A stretch of DNA of 64,000 nucleotides from Eledone cirrhosa (taxonomy: Eukaryota), in assembly GCA_964016885.1 (NCBI GenBank), contig OZ024741.1, forward strand, positions 405,790,001 to 405,854,000. Direction: 5' to 3'. This document shows, piece by piece, positions 15,001-30,000 of the stretch. Under the pieces are notes generated by a model, which was not told the DNA's origin, searched no databases, and worked only from the letters and a program-made list of their open reading frames with translations. The stretch's first letter is position 1. Every line of letters begins with the position of its first letter. The position numbers and the translations under genes are program-made.

Positions 15001-18000
15001 TTATTGAGACTGGAAGAATCGTAGACGAGCTGAAAGTATTTAGGTTCATACTGCCTGGTCTATTTCAGGTTATTGAGATTAGGGAGAATTGTAGACTAGC
15101 TGAAAGTATTTAGGTTCATACTGCCTGGTTTATTTCAGGTTATTGAGATTGGAAGAATCGTAGACGAGCTGAAAGTATTTAAGTTCATACTGCCTGGTTT
15201 GTTTCAGGTTATTGAGATTAGGGAGAACTGTAGACTAGCTGAAAGTATTTAGGTTCATACTGCCTGGTTTATTTCAGGTTATTGAGATTGGTAGAATTGT
15301 AGACTAGCTGAAAGTATTTAGGTTCATACTGCCTGGTTTATTTCAGGTTATTGAGATTATAAGAATTGTAGACTAGCTGAAAGTATTTAGGTTCATACTG
15401 CCTGGTTTATTTCAGGTTATTGAGATTTGAAGAATTGTAGACTAGGTGAAAGTATATAGGTTCATACTGCCTGGTTTATTTCAGGTTATTGAGACTAGGA
15501 GAAGTGTAGACTAGCTGAAAGTATATAGGTTCATACTGCCTGGTTTATTTCAGGTTATTGAAATTGGGAGAATTGCAGACTAGCTGAAAATATTTAGGTT
15601 CATACTACCTGGTTTATTTCAGGTTATTGAGATTGGAAGAATTGTAGACTAGCTGAAAGTATTTAGGTTCATACTGCCTGGTTTATTTCAGGTTATTGAG
15701 ACTGGAAGAATCGTAGACGAGCTGAAAGTATTTAGGTTCATACTGCATGGTTTATGTCAGGTTATTGAGATTGGGAGAATTGTAGATGAGCTGAAAGTAT
15801 TTCGGTTCATACTGCCTGGTTTATTTCAGGTTATTGAGATTAGAAGAATTGTAGACTAGCTGAAAGTATTTAGGTTCATACTGCCTGGTCCATTTCTGGT
15901 TATTGAGATTGGAAGAATTGTAGACTAGCTGAAAGTGTTTAAGTTCATACTTCCTGGTTTATTTCAGGTTATTGAGATTGGAAGAATTGTAGACTAGCTG
16001 AAAGTATTTAGGTTCATACTGCCTGGTTTATTTCAAGTTATTGAGACTGGAAGAATCGTAGACGAGCTGAAAGTATTTAGGTTCATACTGCCTGGTTTAT
16101 TTCAGGTTATTGAGATTAGGCAGAATTGTAGACTACCTGAAAATATTTAGGTTCATTCTGCCTGGTCTATTTCAGGTTATTGAGATTAGGGACAATTGTA
16201 GACTAGCTGAAAGTATTTAGGTTCATACTGCCTGGTCTATTTCAGGTTATTGAGATTTGAAGAATTGCAGACTAGCTGAAAGTATTTAGGTTCATACTGC
16301 CTGGTCTATTTCAGGTTATTGAGATTAGGGAGAACTGTAGACTAGCTGAAAGTATTTAGTTTCATACTGCCTGGTCTATTTCAGGTTATTGAGATTAGGG
16401 AGAACTGTAGACTAGCTGAAAGTATTTAGTTTCATACTGCCTGGTCTATTTCAGGTTATTGAGATAAGGGAGAATTGTAGACTAGCTGAAATTATTTATG
16501 TTCATACTTCCTGGTCTATTTCAGTTTATTGAGATTAGGGCGAACTGTAGACTAGCTGAAAGTATTTAGGTTCATACTGATGGTCTATTTCAGGTTATTG
16601 AGATTAGGGAGAATTGTAGACTAGCTGAAAGTATTTAGGTTCATACTGCCTGGTTTATTTCAGGTTATTGAGATTAGGAAGAATTGTAGACTAGCTGAAA
16701 ATATTTAGGTTCATACCGCCTGGTTTATTTCAGGTTATTGAGATTAGGAAGAATTGTAGACTAGCTGAAAGTATATAGGTTCATACTGCCTGGTTTATTT
16801 CAGGTCATTGAGATTAGGAAGAATTGTAGACTAGCTGAAAATATTTAGGTTCATACTGCCTGGTTTATTTCAGGTTATTGAGATTAGGAAGAATTGTAGA
16901 CTAGCTGAAAATATTTAGGTTCTTACTGCCTGGTTTATTTCAGGTTATTGAGATTAGGAAGTATTGTAGACTAGCTGAAAGTATATAGGTTCATACTGCC
17001 TGGTCTATTTCAGGTCATTGAGATTGGGAGAATTGTAGACTAGCTGAAAGTATTTAGTTTCATACTATCTGGTTTATTTCAGGTTATTGAGATTAGGGAG
17101 AAGTGTAGACTAGCTGAAAATATTTAAGTTCATACTGCCTGGTCTATTTCAAGTTATGGAGATTGGAAGAATTGTAGACTAGCTGAAAGTATTTAGGTTC
17201 ATACTGCCTGGTCTATTTCAGGTTATTGAGATTAGGAACAATTGTAGTCTAGCTGAAAATATTTAGGTTCATACTGCCTGGTTTATTTCAGGTTATTGAG
17301 ATTAGAAGAATTGTAGATTAGCTAATAATATTTAGGTTTATACTGCCTGCTCCGTTTCAGGTTATTGAGATTATGGAGAATTGTAGACTAGCTGAAAGTA
17401 TTTAGGTTCATACTGCCTGGTTTATTTCAGGTTATTGAGATTGGGAGAATTGTAGATTAGCTGGAAGTATTTAGGTTCATACTGCCTGGTTTATTTCAGG
17501 TTATTGAGATTGGAAGATTTGTAGACTAGCTGAAAGTATTTAGGTTCATACTGCCTGGTTTATTTCAGGTTATTGATATTAGGGAGAATTGTAGACTAGC
17601 TGAAAGTATTTAGGTTCATACTGCCTGTCCTATTTCAGGTTATTGGGATTAGGGAGAAGTGTAGACTAACTGAAAGTATTTAGGATAATACTGCCTGGTT
17701 TATTTCAGGTTATTGAGATTAGGGAGAATTGTAGACTAGCTGAAAGTATTTAGGTTCATACTGCCTGGTCTATTTCAGGTTATTGAGATTAGGGAGAATT
17801 GTTGACTAACTGAAAATATTTAGGTTCATACTTCCTGGTCAATGTCAGGTTATTGGGATTAGGGAGAATTGTAGACTACCTTAAAGTATTTATGTTCATT
17901 CTGCCTGGTCTATTTCAGGTTATTGAGATTAGGGAGAATTGTAGACTAGCTGAAAATATTTAGGTTGATACTGCCTGGTTTATTTCAGGTTATTGAGATT

Positions 18001-21000
18001 GGGAGAATTGTAGACTAGCTGAAAGTATTTAGGTTCATACTGCCTGGTTTATTTCAGGTTATTGAGATTAGGAATAATTGTAGACTAGCTGAAAATATTT
18101 AGGTTCATACTGCCTGGTTTATTTCAGGTTATTGAGATTAGGGAGAATTGTAGACTAGCTGAAAGTATTTAGGTTCATACTGCCTGGTTTATTTCAGGTT
18201 ATTGAGATTGGAAGAATTGTAGACTAGCTGAAAGTAATTAGGTTCATACTGCCTGGTCTATTTCAGGTTATTGAAATTGGGAGAATTGTAGACTAGCTGA
18301 AAGTATTTAGGTTCATACTGCCTGGTCTATTTCAGTTATTGAGATTGGAAAAATTGTAGACTAGCTGAAAGTATTTAGGTTCAAACTGCCTGGTTCATTT
18401 CAGGTTATTGAGATTAGGGAGAATTGTAGACTAGCTGCACGTATTTAGGTTCATACTGCCGGGTCTATTTCAGGTTATTGAGATTAGGGAGAATTGTAGA
18501 CTAGCTGAACGTATTTAGGTTCATACTGCCTAGTCTCTTTCAGGTTATTGAGATTAGGAAGAATTGTAGACTAGCTGAAAGTATTTAGGTTCATACTGCC
18601 TGGTTTATTTCAGGTTATTGAGATTAGGAAGAATTGTAGACTAGCTGAAAATATTTAGGTTCATACTGCCTGGTTTATTTCAGGTTATTGAGATTAGGGA
18701 GGATTGTAGACTAGCTGAAAGTATTTAGGTTGATACTGCCTGGTTTATTTCAGGTTATTGAGATTGGGAGAATTGTAGACTAGCTGAAAGTATTTAGGTT
18801 CAAACTGCCTGGTTTATTTCAGGTTATTGAGATTAGGGAGAATTGTAGACTAGCTGAAAATATTTAGGTTCATACTGCCTGGTTTATTTCGGGTTATTGA
18901 GATTGCAAGAATTGTAGACTAGCTGAAAGTATTTAGGTTCATACTGCCTGGTTTATTTCAGGTTATTGAGATTGGAAGAATCGTGGACGAGCTGAAAGTA
19001 TTTAAGTTCATACTGCCTGGTTTATTTCAGGTTATTGAGATTTGAAGAATTGTAGACTAGCTGAAAGTATTTAGGTTCATACTGCCTGGTCTATTTCAGG
19101 TTATTGAGATTAGGGAGAATTGTAGACTAGCTGAAAGTATTTAGGTTCATACTGCCTGGTCTATTTCAGGTTATTGAGATTAGGGAGAATTGTAGACTAG
19201 CTGAAAGTATTTAGGTTCATACTGCCTGGTCTATTTCAGGTTATTGAGATTAGGGAGAATTGTAGACTAGCTGAAATTATTTAGGTTCATACTGCCTGGT
19301 TTATTTCAGGTTATTGAGAATAGGGAGAATTGTTGACTAACTGAAAATATTTAGGTTCATACTTCCTGGCCTATTTCAGGTTATTGGGATTAGGGAGAAT
19401 TGTAGACTACCTTAAAGTATTTATGTTCATTCTGCCTGGTCTATTTCAGGTTATTGAGATTAGGAAGAATTGTAGACTAGCTGAAAATATTTAGGTTGAT
19501 ACTGCCTGGTTTATTTCAGGTTATTGAGATTGGGAGAATTGTAGACTAGCTGAAAGTATATAGGTTCATAGTGCCTGGTCTATTTCAGGTTATTGAGATT
19601 GGGAGAATTGTAGACGAGCTGAAAGTATATAGGTTCATAGTGCCTGGTCTATTTCAGGTTATTGAGATTGGGAGAATTGTAGACTAGCTGAAAGCAATTA
19701 GGTTCATACTGCCTGGTTTATTTCGGGTTATTGAGATTGCAAGAATTGTAGACTAGCTGAAAGTATTTAGGTTCATACTGCCTGGTTTATTTCAGGTTAT
19801 TGAAATTGGAAGAATCGTGGACGAGCTGAAAGTATTTAGGTTCATACTACCTGGTTTATTTCAGGTTATTGAGATTAGGGAGAATTGTAGACTAGCTGAA
19901 AGTATTTAGGTTCATACTGCCTGGTCTATTTCAGGTTATTGAGATTAGGGAGAATTGTAGACTAGCTGAAATTATTTAGGTTCATACTGCCTGGTTTATT
20001 TCAGTTTATTGAGATTAGGGAGAACTGTAGACTAGCTGAAAGTATTTAGGTTCATACTGCCTGGTCTATTTCAGGTTATTGAGATTATGGAGAATTGTAG
20101 ACTAGCTGAAAGTATTTAGGTTCATACAGCCTGGTTTATTTCAGGTTATTGAGATTGGTAGAATTGTAGACTAGCTGAAAGTATTTAGGTTCATACTGCG
20201 TGGTTTATTTCAGGTTATTGTGATTTGAAGAATTGTAGACTAGGTGAAAGTATATAGGTTCATACTGCCTGGTTTATTTCAGGTTATTGAGACTGGGAGA
20301 AGTGTAGACTAGCTGAAGGTATATAGGTTCATACTGCCTGGTTTATTTCAGGTTATTGAAATTGGGTGAATTGCAGACTAGCTGAAAATATTTAGGTTCA
20401 TACTACCTGGTTTATTTCAGGTTATTGAGATTGGAAGAATTGTAGACTAGCTGAAAGTACTTAGGTTCATACTGCCTGGTTTATTTCAGGTTATTGAGAC
20501 TGGAAGAATCGTAGACGAGCTGAAAGTATTTAGGTTCATACTGCCTGGTTTATTTCAGGTTATTGAGATTAGGGAGAATTGTAGACTAGGTGAAAGTATT
20601 TAGGTTCATACTGCCTGGTTTATTTCAAGTTATTGAGACTGGAAGAATCGTAGACGAGCTGAAAGTATTTAGGTTCATACTGCCTGGTTTATTTCAGGTT
20701 ATTGAGATTGGAAGAATCGTAGACGAGCTGAAAGTATTTAAGTTCATACTGCCTGGTTTGTTTCAGGTTATTGAGATTAGGGAGAACTGTAGACTAGCTG
20801 AAAGTATTTAGGTTCATACTGCCTGGTTTATTTCAGGTTATTGAGATTGGTAGAATTGTAGACTAGCTGAAAGTATTTAGGTTCATACTGCCTGGTTTAT
20901 TTCAGGTTATTGAGATTATAAGAATTGTAGACTAGCTGAAAGTATTTAGGTTCATACTGCCTGGTTTATTTCAGGTTATTGAGATTTGAAGAATTGTAGA

Positions 21001-24000
21001 CTAGGTGAAAGTATATAGGTTCATACTGCCTGGTTTATTTCAGGTTATTGAGACTGGGAGAAGTGTAGACTAGCTGAAAGTATATAGGTTCATACTGCCT
21101 GGTTTATTTCAGGTTATTGAAATGGGGAGAATTGCAGACTAGCTGAAAATATTTAGGTTCATACTACCTGGTTTATTTCAGGTTATTGAGACTGGAAGAA
21201 TCGTAGACGAGCTGAAAGTATTTAGGTTCATACTGCCTGGTTTATGTCAGGTTATTGAGATTAGGGAGAATTGTAGACTAGCTGAAAGTATTTAGGTTCA
21301 TACTGCATGGTTTATGTCAGGTTATTGAGATTGGGAGAATTGTAGATGAGCTGAAAGTATTTAGGTTCATACTACCTGGTTTATTTCAGGTTATTGAGAT
21401 TAGAAGAATTGTAGACTAGCTGAAAGTATTTAGGTTCATACTGCCTGGTCCATTTCAGGTTATTGAGATTGGAAGAATTGTAGACTAGCTGAAAGTGTTT
21501 AAGTTCATACTGCCTGGTTTATTTCAAGTTATTGAGACTGGAAGAATCGTAGACGAGCTGAAAGTATTTAGGTTCATACGGCCTGGTTTATTTCAGGTTA
21601 TTGAGATTAGGGAGAATTGTAGACTAGCTGAAAGTATTTAGGTTCATAGTGCCTGGTTTATTTCAGGTTATTGAGATTGGAAGAATCGTAGACGAGCTGA
21701 AAGTATTTAAGTTCATACTGCCTGGTTTATTTCAGGTTATTGAGATTTGAAGAATTCTAGACTAGCTGAAAGTATTTAGGTTCATACTGCCTGGTCTATT
21801 TCAGGTTATTGAGATTAGGGAGAACTGTAGACTAGCTGAAAGTATTTAGTTTCATACTGCCTGGTCTATTTCAGGTTATTGAGATAAGGGAGAATTGTAG
21901 ACTAGCTGAAATTATTTATGTTCATACTTCCTGGTCTATTTCAGTTTATTGAGATTAGGGCGAACTGTAGACTAGCTGAAAGTATTTAGGTTCATACTGC
22001 CTGGTCTATTTCAGGTTATTGAGATTAGGGAGAATTGTAGACTAGCTGAAAGTATTTAGGTTCATACTGCCTGGTTTATTTCAGGTTAATGAGATTAGGG
22101 AGAATTGTAGGCTAGCTGAAAGTATTTAGGTTCATACTGCGCTGGTCTATTTCAGGTTATTGAGATTAGGAAGAATTGTAGACTAGCTGAAAATATTTAG
22201 GTTCATACTGCCTGGTTTATTTCAGGTTATTGAGATTAGGAAGAATTGTAGACTAGCTGAAAGTATATAGGTTCATACTGCCTGGTTTATTTCAGGTCAT
22301 TGAGATTAGGAAGAATTGTAGACTAGCTGAAAATATTTAGGTTCATACTGCCTGGTTTATTTCAGGTTATTGAGATTAGGAAGAATTGTAGACTAGCTGA
22401 AAATATTTAGGTTCATACTGCCTGGTTTATTTCAGGTTATTGAGATTAGGAAGAATTGTAGACTAGCTGAAATTATATAGGTTCATACTGCCTGGTTTAT
22501 TTCAGGTCATTGAGATTGGGAGAATTGTAGACTAGCTGAAAGTATTTAGTTTCATACTATCTGGTTTATTTCAGGTTATTGAGATTAGGAAGAATTGTAG
22601 ACTAGCTGAAAGTATTTAGGTTCATACTGCCTGGTCTATTTCAGGTTATTGAGATTAGGAACAATTGTAGTCTAGCTGAAAATATTTAGGTTCATACTGC
22701 CTGGTTTATTTCAGGTTATTGAGATTAGAAGAATTGTAGATTAGCTAATAATATTTAGGTTTATACTGCCTGGTCCGTTTCAGGTTATTGAGATTATGGA
22801 GAATTGTAGACTAGCTGAAAGTATTTAGGTTCATACTGCCTGGTTTATTTCAGGTTATTGAGATTGGGAGAATTGTAGATGAGCTGAAAGTATTTAGGTT
22901 CATACTGCCTGGTTTATTTCAGGTTATTGAGATTAGAAGAATTGTAGACTAGCTGAAAGTTTTTAGGTTCATACTGCCTGGTCCATTTCAGGTTATTGAG
23001 ATTGGAAGAATTGTAGACTAGCTGAAAGTGTTTAAGTTCATACTTCCTGGTTTATTTCAGGTTATTGAGATTGGAAGAATTGTAGACTAGCTGAAAGTAT
23101 TTAGGTTCATACTGCCTGGTTTATTTCAAGTTATTGAGACTGGAAGAATCGTAGACGAGCTGAAAGTATTTAGGTTCATACTGCCTGGTTTATTTCAGGT
23201 TATTGAGATTAGAGAGAATTGTAGACTAGCTGAAAGTATTTAGGTTCATACTGCCTGGTTTATTTCAGGTTATTGAGATTTGAAGAATTGAAGACTAGCT
23301 GAAAGTATTTAGGTTCATACTGCCTGGTCTATTTCAGGTTATTGAGATAAGGGAGAATTGTAGACTAGCTGAAATTATTTATGTTCATACTTCCTGGTCT
23401 ATTTCAGTTTATTGAGATTAGGGCGAACTGTAGACTAGCTGAAAGTATTTAGGTTCATACTGCCTGGTCTATTTCAGGTTATTGAGATTAGGGAGAATTG
23501 TAGACTAGCTGAAAGTATTTAGGTTCATACTGCCTGGTTTATTTCAGGTTATTGAGATTAGGGAGAATTGTAGGCTAGCTGAAAGTATTTAGGTTCATAC
23601 TGCGCTGGTCTATTTCAGGTTATTGAGATTAGGAAGAATTGTAGACTAGCTGAAAATATTTAGGTTCATACTGCCTGGTTTATTTCAGGTTATTGAGATT
23701 AGGAAGAATTGTAGACTAGCTGAAAGTATATAGGTTCATACTGCCTGGTTTATTTCAGGTCATTGAGATTAGGAAGAATTGTAGACTAGCTGAAAATATT
23801 TAGGTTCATACTGCCTGGTTTATTTCAGGTTATTGAGATTAGGAAGAATTGTAGACTAGCTGAAATTATATAGGTTCATACTGCCTGGTTTATTTCAGGT
23901 CATTGAGATTGGGAGAATTGTAGACTAGCTGAAAGTATTTAGTTTCATACTATCTGGTTTATTTCAGGTTATTGAGATTAGGGAGAAGTGTAGACTAGCT

Positions 24001-27000
24001 GAAAATATTTAAGTTCATACTGCCTGGTCTATTTCAAGTTATGGAGATTGGAAGAATTGTAGACTAGCTGAAAGTATTTAGGTTCATACTGCCTGGTCTA
24101 TTTCAGGTTATTGAGATTAGGAACAATTGTAGTCTAGCTGAAAATATTTAGGTTCATACTGCCTGGTTTATTTCAGGTTATTGAGATTAGAAGAATTGTA
24201 GATTAGCTAATAATATTTAGGTTTATACTGCCTGGTCCGTTTCAGGTTATTGAGATTATGGAGAATTGTAGACTAGCTGAAAGTATTTAGGTTCATACTG
24301 CCTGGTTTATTTCAGGTTATTGAGATTGGGAGAATTGTAGATTAGCTGGAAGTATTTAGGTTCATACTGCCTGGTTTATTCCAGGTTATTGAGATTGGAA
24401 GATTTGTAGACTAGCTGAAAGTATTTAGGTTCATACTGCCTGGCCTATTTCAGGTTATTGGGATTAGGGAGAAGTGTAGACTAACTGAAAGTATTTAGGA
24501 TAATACTGCCTGGTTTATTTCAGGTTATTGAGATTAGGGAGAATTGTAGACTAGCTGAAAGTATTTAGGTTCATACTGCCTGGTCTATTTCAGGTTATTG
24601 AGATTAGGGAGAATTGTTGACTAACTGAAAATATTTAGGTTCATACTTCCTGGTCAATTTCAGTTTATTGGGATTAGGGAGAATTGTAGACTACCTTAAA
24701 GTATTTATGTTCATTCTGCCTGGTCTATTTCAGGTTATTGAGATTAGGGAGAATTGTAGACTAGCTGAAAATATATAGGTTGATACTGCCTGGTTTATTT
24801 CAGGTTATTGAGATTGGGAGAATTGTAGACTAGCTGAAAGTATTTAGGTTCATACTGCCTGGTTCATTTCAGGTTATTGAGATTCGGAATAATTGTAGAC
24901 TAGCTGAAAGTATTTAGGTTCATACTGCCTGGTTTATTTCAGGTTATTGAGATTAGGGAGAATTGTAGACTAGCTGAAAGTATTTAGGTTCATACTGCCT
25001 GGTTTATTTCAGGTTATTGAGATTGGAAGAATTGTAGACTAGCTGAAAGTAATTAGGTTCATACTGCCTGGTCTATTTCAGGTTATTGAAATTGGGAGAA
25101 TTGTAGACTAGCTGAAAGTATTTAGGTTCATACTGCCTGGTCTATTTCAGTTATTGAGATTGGAAAAATTGTAGACTAGCTGAAAGTATTTAGGTTCAAA
25201 CTGCCTGGTTCATTTCAGGTTATTGAGATTAGGGAGAATTGTAGACTAGCTGCACGTATTTAGGTTCATACTGCCTAGTCTATTTCAGGTTATTGAGATT
25301 AGGAAGAATTGTAGACTAGCTGAAAGTATTTAGGTTCATACTGCCTGGTTTATTTCAGGTTATTGAGATTAGGAAGAATTGTAGACTAGCTGAAAATATT
25401 TAGGTTCATACTGCCTGGTTTATTTCAGGTTATTGAGATTAGGAAGAATTGTAGACTAGCTGAAAGTATTTAGGTTGATACTGCCTGGTCTATTTCAGGT
25501 TATTGGGATTAGGGAGAAGTGTAGACTAACTGAAAGTATTTAGGTTCATTCTACCTGGTCTATTTCAGGTTATTGAGATTAGGGACAATTGTAGACTAGC
25601 TGAAAGTATTTAGGTTCATACTGCCTGGTTTATTTCAGGTTATTGAGATTGGGAGAATTGTAGACTAGCTGAAAGTATTTAGGTTCATACTGCCTGGTTT
25701 ATTTCAGGTTATTGATATTAGGGAGAATTGTAGACTAGCTGAAAGTATTTAGGTTCATACTGCCTGGTCTATTTCAGGTTATTGAGATTAGGGACAATTG
25801 TAGACTAGCTGAAAGTATTTAGGTTCATGCTGCCTGGTTTATTTCAGGTTATTGAGATTGGGAGAATTGTAGACTAGCTGAAAGTATTTATGTTCATACT
25901 GCGTGGTTTATTTCAGGTTATTGTGATTTGAAGAATTGTAGACTAGGTGAAAGTATATAGGTTCATACTGCCTGGTTTATTTCAGGTTATTGAGACTGGG
26001 AGGAGTGTAGACTAGCTGAAGGTATATAGGTTTATACTGCCTGGTTTATTTCAGGTTATTGAGATTGGAAGAATTGTAGACTAGCTGAAAGTACTTAGGT
26101 TCATACTGCCTGGTTTATTTCAGGTTATTGAGACTGGAAGAATCGTAGACGAGCTGAAAGTATTTAGGTTCATACTGCCTGGTTTATTTCAGGTTATTGA
26201 GATTAGGGAGAATTGTAGACTAGCTGAAAGTATTTAGGTTCATACTGCCTGGTTTATTTCAAGTTATTGAGACTGGAAGAATCGTAGACGAGCTGAAAGT
26301 ATTTAGGTTCATACTGCCTGGTCTATTTCAGGTTATTGAGATTAGGAAGAATTGTAGACTAGCTGAAAATATTTAGGTTCATACTGCCTGGTTTATTTCA
26401 GGTTATTGAGATTAGGAAGAATTGTAGACTAGCTGAAAGTATATAGGTTCATACTGCCTGGTTTATTTCAGGTCATTGAGATTAGGAAGAATTGTAGACT
26501 AGCTGAAAATATTTAGGTTCATACTGCCTGGTTTATTTCAGGTTATTGAGATTAGGAAGAATTGTAGACTAGCTGAAAATATTTAGGTTCATACTGCCTG
26601 GTTTATTTCAGGTTATTGAGATTAGGAAGAATTGTAGACTAGCTGAAATTATATAGGTTCATACTGCCTGGTTTATTTCAGGTCATTGAGATTGGGAGAA
26701 TTGTAGACTAGCTGAAAGTATTTAGTTTCATACTATCTGGTTTATTTCAGGTTATTGAGATTAGGGAGAAGTGTAGACTAGCTGAAAATATTTAAGTTCA
26801 TACTGCCTGGTCTATTCCAAGTTATGGAGATTGGAAGAATTGTAGACTAGCTGAAAGTATTTAGGTTCATACTGCCTGGTCTATTTCAGTTTATTGAGAT
26901 TAGGAACAATTGTAGTCTAGCTGAAAATATTTAGGTTCATACTGCCTGGTTTATTTCAGGTTATTGAGATTAGAAGAATTGTAGATTAGCTAATAATATT

Positions 27001-30000
27001 TAGGTTTATACTGCCTGGTCCGTTTCAGGTTATTGAGATTATGGAGAATTGTAGACTAGCTGAAAGTATTTAGGTTCATACTGCCTGGTTTATTTCAGGT
27101 TATTGAGATTGGGAGAATTGTAGATGAGCTGAAAGTATTTAGGTTCATACTGCCTGGTTTATTTCAGGTTATTGGGATTGGGAGAATTGTAGACTAGCTG
27201 AAAGTATTTAGGTTCATACTGCCTGGTTTATTTCAGGTTATTGATATTAGGGAGAATTGTAGACTAGCTGAAAGTATTTAGGTTCATACTGCCTGGTCTA
27301 TTTCAGGTTATTGAGATTAGGGACAATTGTAGACTAGCTGAAAGTATTTAGGTTCATGCTGCCTGGTTTATTTCAGGTTATTGAGATTGGGAGAATTGTA
27401 GACTAGCTGAAAGTATTTATGTTCATACTGCGTGGTTTATTTCAGGTTATTGTGATTTGAAGAATTGTAGACTAGGTGAAAGTATATAGGTTCATACTGC
27501 CTGGTTTATTTCAGGTTATTGAGACTGGGAGGAGTGTAGACTAGCTGAAGGTATATAGGTTTATACTGCCTGGTTTATTTCAGGTTATTGAGATTGGAAG
27601 AATTGTAGACTAGCTGAAAGTACTTAGGTTCATACTGCCTGGTTTATTTCAGGTTATTGAGACTGGAAGAATCGTAGACGAGCTGAAAGTATTTAGGTTC
27701 ATACTGCCTGGTTTATTTCAGGTTATTGAGATTAGGGAGAATTGTAGACTAGCTGAAAGTATTTAGGTTCATACTGCCTGGTTTATTTCAAGTTATTGAG
27801 ACTGGAAGAATCGTAGACGAGCTGAAAGTATTTAGGTTCATACTGCCTGGTCTATTTCAGGTTATTGAGATTAGGAAGAATTGTAGACTAGCTGAAAATA
27901 TTTAGGTTCATACTGCCTGGTTTATTTCAGGTTATTGAGATTAGGAAGAATTGTAGACTAGCTGAAAGTATATAGGTTCATACTGCCTGGTTTATTTCAG
28001 GTCATTGAGATTAGGAAGAATTGTAGACTAGCTGAAAATATTTAGGTTCATACTGCCTGGTTTATTTCAGGTTATTGAGATTAGGAAGAATTGTAGTCTA
28101 GCTGAAAATATTTAGGTTCATACTGCCTGGTCTATTCCAAGTTATGGAGATTGGAAGAATTGTAGACTAGCTGAAAGTATTTAGGTTCATACTGCCTGGT
28201 CTATTTCAGGTTATTGAGATTAGGAACAATTGTAGTCTAGCTGAAAATATTTAGGTTCATACTGCCTGGTTTATTTCAGGTTATTGAGATTAGAAGAATT
28301 GTAGATTAGCTAATAATATTTAGGTTTATACTGCCTGGTCCGTTTCAGGTTATTGAGATTATGGAGAATTGTAGACTAGCTGAAAGTATATAGGTTCATA
28401 CTGCCTGGTTTATTTCAGGTTATTGAGATTGGGAGAATTGTAGATGAGCTGAAAGTATTTAGGTTCATACTGCCTGGTTTATTTCAGGTTATTGAGATTA
28501 GAAGAATTGTAGACTAGCTGAAAGTTTTTAGGTTCATACTGCCTGGTCCATTTCAGGTTATTGAGATTGGAAGAATTGTAGACTAGCTGAAAGTGTTTAA
28601 GTTCATACTTCCTGGTTTATTTCAGGTTATTGAGATTGGAAGAATTGTAGCCTAGCTGAAAGTATTTAGGTTCATACTGCCTGGTTTATTTCAAGTTATT
28701 GAGACTGGAAGAATCGTAGACGAGCTGAAAGTATTTAGGTTCATACTGCCTGGTTTATTTCAGGTTATTGAGATTAGGGAGAATTGTAGACTAGCTGAAA
28801 GTATTTAGGTTCATACTGCCTGGTTTATTTCAGGTTATTGAGATTGGAAGAATCGTAGACGAGCTGAAAGTATTTAAGTTCATACTGCCTGGTTTATTTC
28901 AGCTTATTGAGATTTGAAGAATTGAAGACTAGCTGAAAGTATTTAGGTTCATACTGCCTGGTCTATTTCAGGTTATTGAGATAAGGGAGAATTGTAGACT
29001 AGCTGAAATTATTTATGTTCATACTTCCTGGTCTATTTCAGTTTATTGAGATTAGGGCGAACTGTAGACTAGCTGAAAGTATTTAGGTTCATACTGCCTG
29101 GTCTATTTCAGGTTATTGAGATTAGGGAGAATTGTAGACTAGCTGAAAGTATTTAGGTTCATACTGCCTGGTGTATTTCAGGTTATTGAGATTAGGGAGA
29201 ATTGTAGGCTAGCTGAAAGTATTTAGGTTCATACTGCGCTGGTCTATTTCAGGTTATTGAGATTAGGAAGAATTGTAGACTAGCTGAAAATATTTAGGTT
29301 CATACTGCCTGGTTTATTTCAGGTTATTGAGATTAGGAAGAATTGTAGACTAGCTGAAAGTATATAGGTTCATACTGCCTGGTTTATTTCAGGTCATTGA
29401 GATTAGGAAGAATTGTAGACTAGCTGAAAATATTTAGGTTTATACTGCCTGGTTTATTTCAGGGTATTGAGATTAGGAAGAATTGTAGACTAGCTGAAAA
29501 TATTTAGGTTCATACTGCCTGGTTTATTTCAGGTTATTGAGATTAGGAAGAATTGTAGACTAGCTGAAATTATATAGGTTCATACTGCCTGGTTTATTTC
29601 AGGTCATTGAGATTGGGAGAATTGTAGACTAGCTGAAAGTATTTAGTTTCATACTATCTGGTTTATTTCAGGTTATTGAGATTAGGGAGAAGTGTAGACT
29701 AGCTGAAAATATTTAAGTTCATACTGCCTGGTCTATTTCAAGTTATGGAGATTGGAAGAATTGTAGACTAGCTGAAAGTATTTAGGTTCATACTGCCTGG
29801 TCTATTTCAGGTTATTGAGATTAGGAACAATTGTAGTCTAGCTGAAAATATTTAGGTTCATACTGCCTGGTTTATTTCAGGTTATTGAGATTAGAAGAAT
29901 TGTAGATTAGCTAATAATATTTAGGTTTATACTGCCTGGTCCGTTTCAGGTTATTGAGATTATGGAGAATTGTAGACTAGCTGAAAGTATTTAGGTTCAT

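Noticed and set aside
20590-20811. 73-aa ORF with a 23-aa repeat
   Set aside because: It is three consecutive satellite monomers in which the TAG in GACTAG is mutated to GAG and the 69-bp length keeps the frame. The start is GTG and there is no gene context.
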